NCBI GenBank assembly: GCA_010909165.1
Contig: MU008229.1
Span: 60,512-124,511 of the forward strand
DNA length: 64,000 nt
Origin: Anthoceros angustus
Lineage: Eukaryota; Plantae; Anthocerotophyta
Direction of reading: 5' to 3'
Position 1 is the first letter of the stretch; each line of letters opens with the position of its first letter. Both the position numbers and the translations under genes were made by a program. Positions 61,034 to 64,000 of this stretch are shown in pieces. The notes under the pieces were generated by a model. The model made no database searches. It worked only from the letters and a program-made list of their open reading frames with translations, and was not told the origin of the DNA.

Positions 61034-61744
61034 ATGGAAGGTTACTCTAGCTTGCTGGCACAGTTGTCTCAATTTAAACGAGAGCTTGACAGGATTAATG
61101 GCGAGCTGGAGGAGGAGATAAGAAGGACTGGAACACTCGACTCAGAGCACCGTCACCTACGTGAATTTGAGACGGAAGCAACAGCAGACCGCGCGGATTT
61201 GATCTACACTCTCGTCCGCAGAGAGGGACCATCTAACGATCTGTCAGCGAGGCTGCAAGCCCTGAAGGATCAAATCCAGCTTGCTGCAGCCAGAGTCAGT
61301 GCCAAAGAGAGTAGGAAAGGTGACTTTCGTTCCAAGATTGACCAGGACCGAGATGCATTCGTGGCAGGCTGCAAGAGCTTTAACCGTGTCCACGAAAGCC
61401 TGGGACAAATGTCAATGCTGCCGCTGAAGCAGAATCTACTGGACCACATCTCCAAACTAAAGGAAGCTCTAACCGACGAGGGGCTTTCGCAACCCCAGAC
61501 TAGCAACCTCGAGGTTGCACCAGGGCTGCAAGATGAAGGCCACAGAGCCTCGAAGTATCAAGCTGACGAGCAACAGCATGAGGAGATCCAGACACTGCGC
61601 AGAGAACTTCTAATATGTTCGGAGGTCCAGGAAGAGCTGCAGAATTGCACCCAAGGCATGCGATTGGAGTTATCCGTCTTAGTGCGCGAATCTTGGAGCC
61701 TAGTGCCTTTGGTAGAGTATCACACTGAGACGCATTTCCTGTGA
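61034..61744 (+). CDS. Coiled-coil protein, second copy
   Basis: Translation identical to 39649-40359. Confidence 0.58.
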   Translation: MEGYSSLLAQLSQFKRELDRINGELEEEIRRTGTLDSEHRHLREFETEATADRADLIYTLVRREGPSNDLSARLQALKDQIQLAAARVSAKESRKGDFRSKIDQDRDAFVAGCKSFNRVHESLGQMSMLPLKQNLLDHISKLKEALTDEGLSQPQTSNLEVAPGLQDEGHRASKYQADEQQHEEIQTLRRELLICSEVQEELQNCTQGMRLELSVLVRESWSLVPLVEYHTETHFL

Positions 61745-62142
61745 TTTATGTCTTGGAATGGGCCTTGGAGGAAACATCTCCACCTTTAGCTCCCTCGCTT
61801 AAACTTGCACTTCCAGAGTGCTTCTTCAATTAGAAGACGCGATTCAGACACTTCGACAGGGAAAACGTGTCTAGGTACTAGGTGGCAGCAGATTCGGTCC
61901 GTAGTGTCAGTTCCTCCGAGTATCTTGACCTTGTGTGCTGTTTACACTTGCGATTGGTATTATCACGGGTTAAAGGCCAGTTGATATAGGTATGTAGGCT
62001 GTGAAGAATTCAAGGCAAGACGTTTATTTCCTTCTGAAGGTTATAACATAAATATGTAGGTATGTACTTCACTCTAATCAAATTCACGTCCAAGGGTCCA
62101 TTGGTGTAGGTAAGGCAATAAGGTTTGGTAGTGACGCGTAGG

Positions 62143-62888
62143 ATGGCAGCTCAGGGGAGACGGAGGACCTTCCCCGAGCGAATGTGAAGAGAGTAGTGAA
62201 ATCTAAGCTATCAGGTTTGTCCAGTGCTCACTACGACGATGATCGAAGGTATAAGGAGGTGGTGGTGAACAAGGAGGCTCTCATCGCTTTTGCTGAGAGT
62301 GCGAAGATCTTCATCCACTACATCTCTGCTACGTGGGTCACTATGGAGGCTTTGTGTTGGGGTTTCACTTGTTTGTGCAAGGGCATCCGGCGTGGTGGGA
62401 AAAGATACGTGAGTGAGTCGTGCGTGCTTGGGGATGTGTCCAACGTTGCCTTTGCTGGTGCTTGGGCAGGGCCAACGACATCTGTCGAGAGTCTAAGCGC
62501 CTGACGATCAACGCGGAGGATGTTTTGAAAGCTGTTGAAGAGATCGACTTTTCTGAATTCTCAGGCCCTGCGAGCTACGCTGAAAGGTAATGGTCTCAAC
62601 GCTCTCATCTTGTTCGTGTTTCCCTGTTCTCCACCTCGCATCTGCTTGGCATCAGTGGCTTGGTCGATTAGGTTGCGGTCTTTTACTTGCTGGCTGCCTC
62701 TTCCAGGTTATCGACAAGAAAATGAATCAAAGAAGTCCGAGACTAAGAAAAAGGCTCCATCTACAGGGAAGAAGAGGAAAGTGACTCCTGTGGAGAAGGG
62801 CAAGCAGGCGGTGGATGTGCATCTTGACAGCCCGGACAAGGGTGTAGAGGGAGGTCAGACTGATGACGAAGAGATGAGTCCGTCATGA
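62143..62888 (+). pseudogene. DPB4: DPB4 second copy with small indels
   Basis: Same three exons. C-terminus GGQTDDEEMSPS* is intact here, while exon 2 has indels (ttctcaggccctgcg). Confidence 0.8.
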
Positions 62889-63149
62889 AGGTAGAAATAC
62901 TGAATGGTATCAGCTATAGGAATTTAATCGAGAGTGCGACTGGGAGTTTTCCGTCAGAGTCGCCTACGCACCAGGGCTAGCCCCGGGTCTCGCTGACGTG
63001 AAATATAAGCTCTACAGGTTTTCAGTTTCAGCGTTTCCGGCATAATTGCTTTTTCGACTATAGTGGGATTTTCTTTTTCTTTTCGACCTTCACAAATGTA
63101 CATAGTCTTTCCAACAAAGTTCCTGTACAACAGGGCGTCTCTTCAAAAT

Positions 63150-63779
63150 CTACGGCGAGTCCTCCTCGTCGAAATCAAAGACCGAAATATCTGCGACACA
63201 ACGAGTATTAGGTCAGCTGTTGGAGGTGCAAAGAACTGGTGATCTCGGGATATCAGTACCACCAACTCCGTTTTGACAACATGCAGCTCCCATCTGCTCC
63301 GTAATCGAGAAAGGCTACCCAATACTTACCATGCATTCCGTCATTCATGACCCGAGGCAACGAGCATGAGAACCTGGGTTGGACAACCTTTAGCAGTTTC
63401 GGGGATATTACCCTTTGCTTTTTCCCGGCAACCACATTGGAAGTCTCCTCAGGAGTACCCACTGGCCTGTCAGGACTGCACAAATCTACTCTAGGCCGCT
63501 TGCGGCGAATCTGTACATATGTTTCTTGAGTCCGATAGCCCCGTAACTCTTGCCGCCTGATCCTGTTTCTGACTGGCCGGGTCTTTAACTTTATCATAAT
63601 CCATCCTTTCTCATCAAGGATCTGACAAACCTTTTGAAACACTACAGGAATGGATCTAGGTACCTGAGGTATCAACACACTAAATTAGTCTGATGCTGCA
63701 ATCCAACTTAGAGGCAACAAGGATACATTTTAGTACAGAACAAGACCTACCTCTCGAAAAAGTTTGCAGGTACGATTTC
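63150..63779 (-). pseudogene. 3' fragment of the Treslin-like gene, truncated by unrelated sequence
   Basis: Matches 41769-42400, then diverges after gtacgatttc(tg). Confidence 0.7.
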
Positions 63780-64000
63780 TGTTGAGGCCAGTGAGCCTAA
63801 GGGGCCAGATCCCAAATCTGCAAGTAAAGGCGCTCCACAGGTGGAAGAGTGGTCTTAAGTAGGGACAAAATGCGGTGTGGATCGGGGGTCCACAGGCGCC
63901 GTGATAGGCTCCTGCTAAGGCGGGACAATTGTGTTGTGTCGTTGTAGGTCGGATTGGTGATTTTTCGAGCGGTGCAAGTGGTGCAGCTGTAAGAGGGAGA
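63780..64000. other. Unrelated sequence beginning TGTTG, possibly the edge of another LTR element
   Basis: Homology to copy 1 stops inside a Treslin exon and the new sequence starts with TGTTG, a common LTR terminus. Only 220 bp are visible. Confidence 0.25.

Larger units (their letters stand above)
48955..63781 (+). repeat. Near-identical second copy of 26462-42402, in two pieces (48955-49929 and 50614-63781)
   Basis: Colinear sequence match throughout. Differences are mostly 1-bp homopolymer indels plus a few substitutions. Lacks the SBE1 internal duplication and source bases about 27460-27644. Confidence 0.95.

Overview
Eukaryotic plant nuclear DNA, not prokaryotic. Genes are compact and GC-rich with short GT-AG introns (about 80-160 nt), and a PPR-DYW fragment is present. 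This suggests a non-seed land plant such as a lycophyte or hornwort (inference only). From left to right: a convergent pair of F-box-family genes (1-2.4 kb); degenerate CRE/SLACS-type (RLE) non-LTR retrotransposon copies; a TA-flanked non-autonomous TIR element (4839-6413); and a degenerate minus-strand non-chromovirus Ty3/gypsy element (about 7930-26657) with very long, about 3.8 kb LTRs. The LTR ends are marked by a PBS and a PPT, and each LTR appears to carry a decayed ORF of about 2.4 kb. Next is a dense gene block: SBE1, mitochondrial-type RecA, an unknown coiled-coil gene, DPB4/NF-YB11, a Treslin/TICRR-like gene, plastid NAD-MDH, a possible plastid-targeted gene and an orphan DYW domain. 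A near-identical second copy of 26.5-42.4 kb follows at 49-63.8 kb. The window is full of direct duplications joined at short microhomologies, and the copies differ mostly by 1-bp homopolymer indels that cause complementary frameshifts, so much of the duplication and the frameshifts may be assembly or long-read artefacts. All protein calls rest on motif recognition from memory; no database search was run. Many supplied ORFs use TTG/GTG starts or are antisense shadows and are not real genes.
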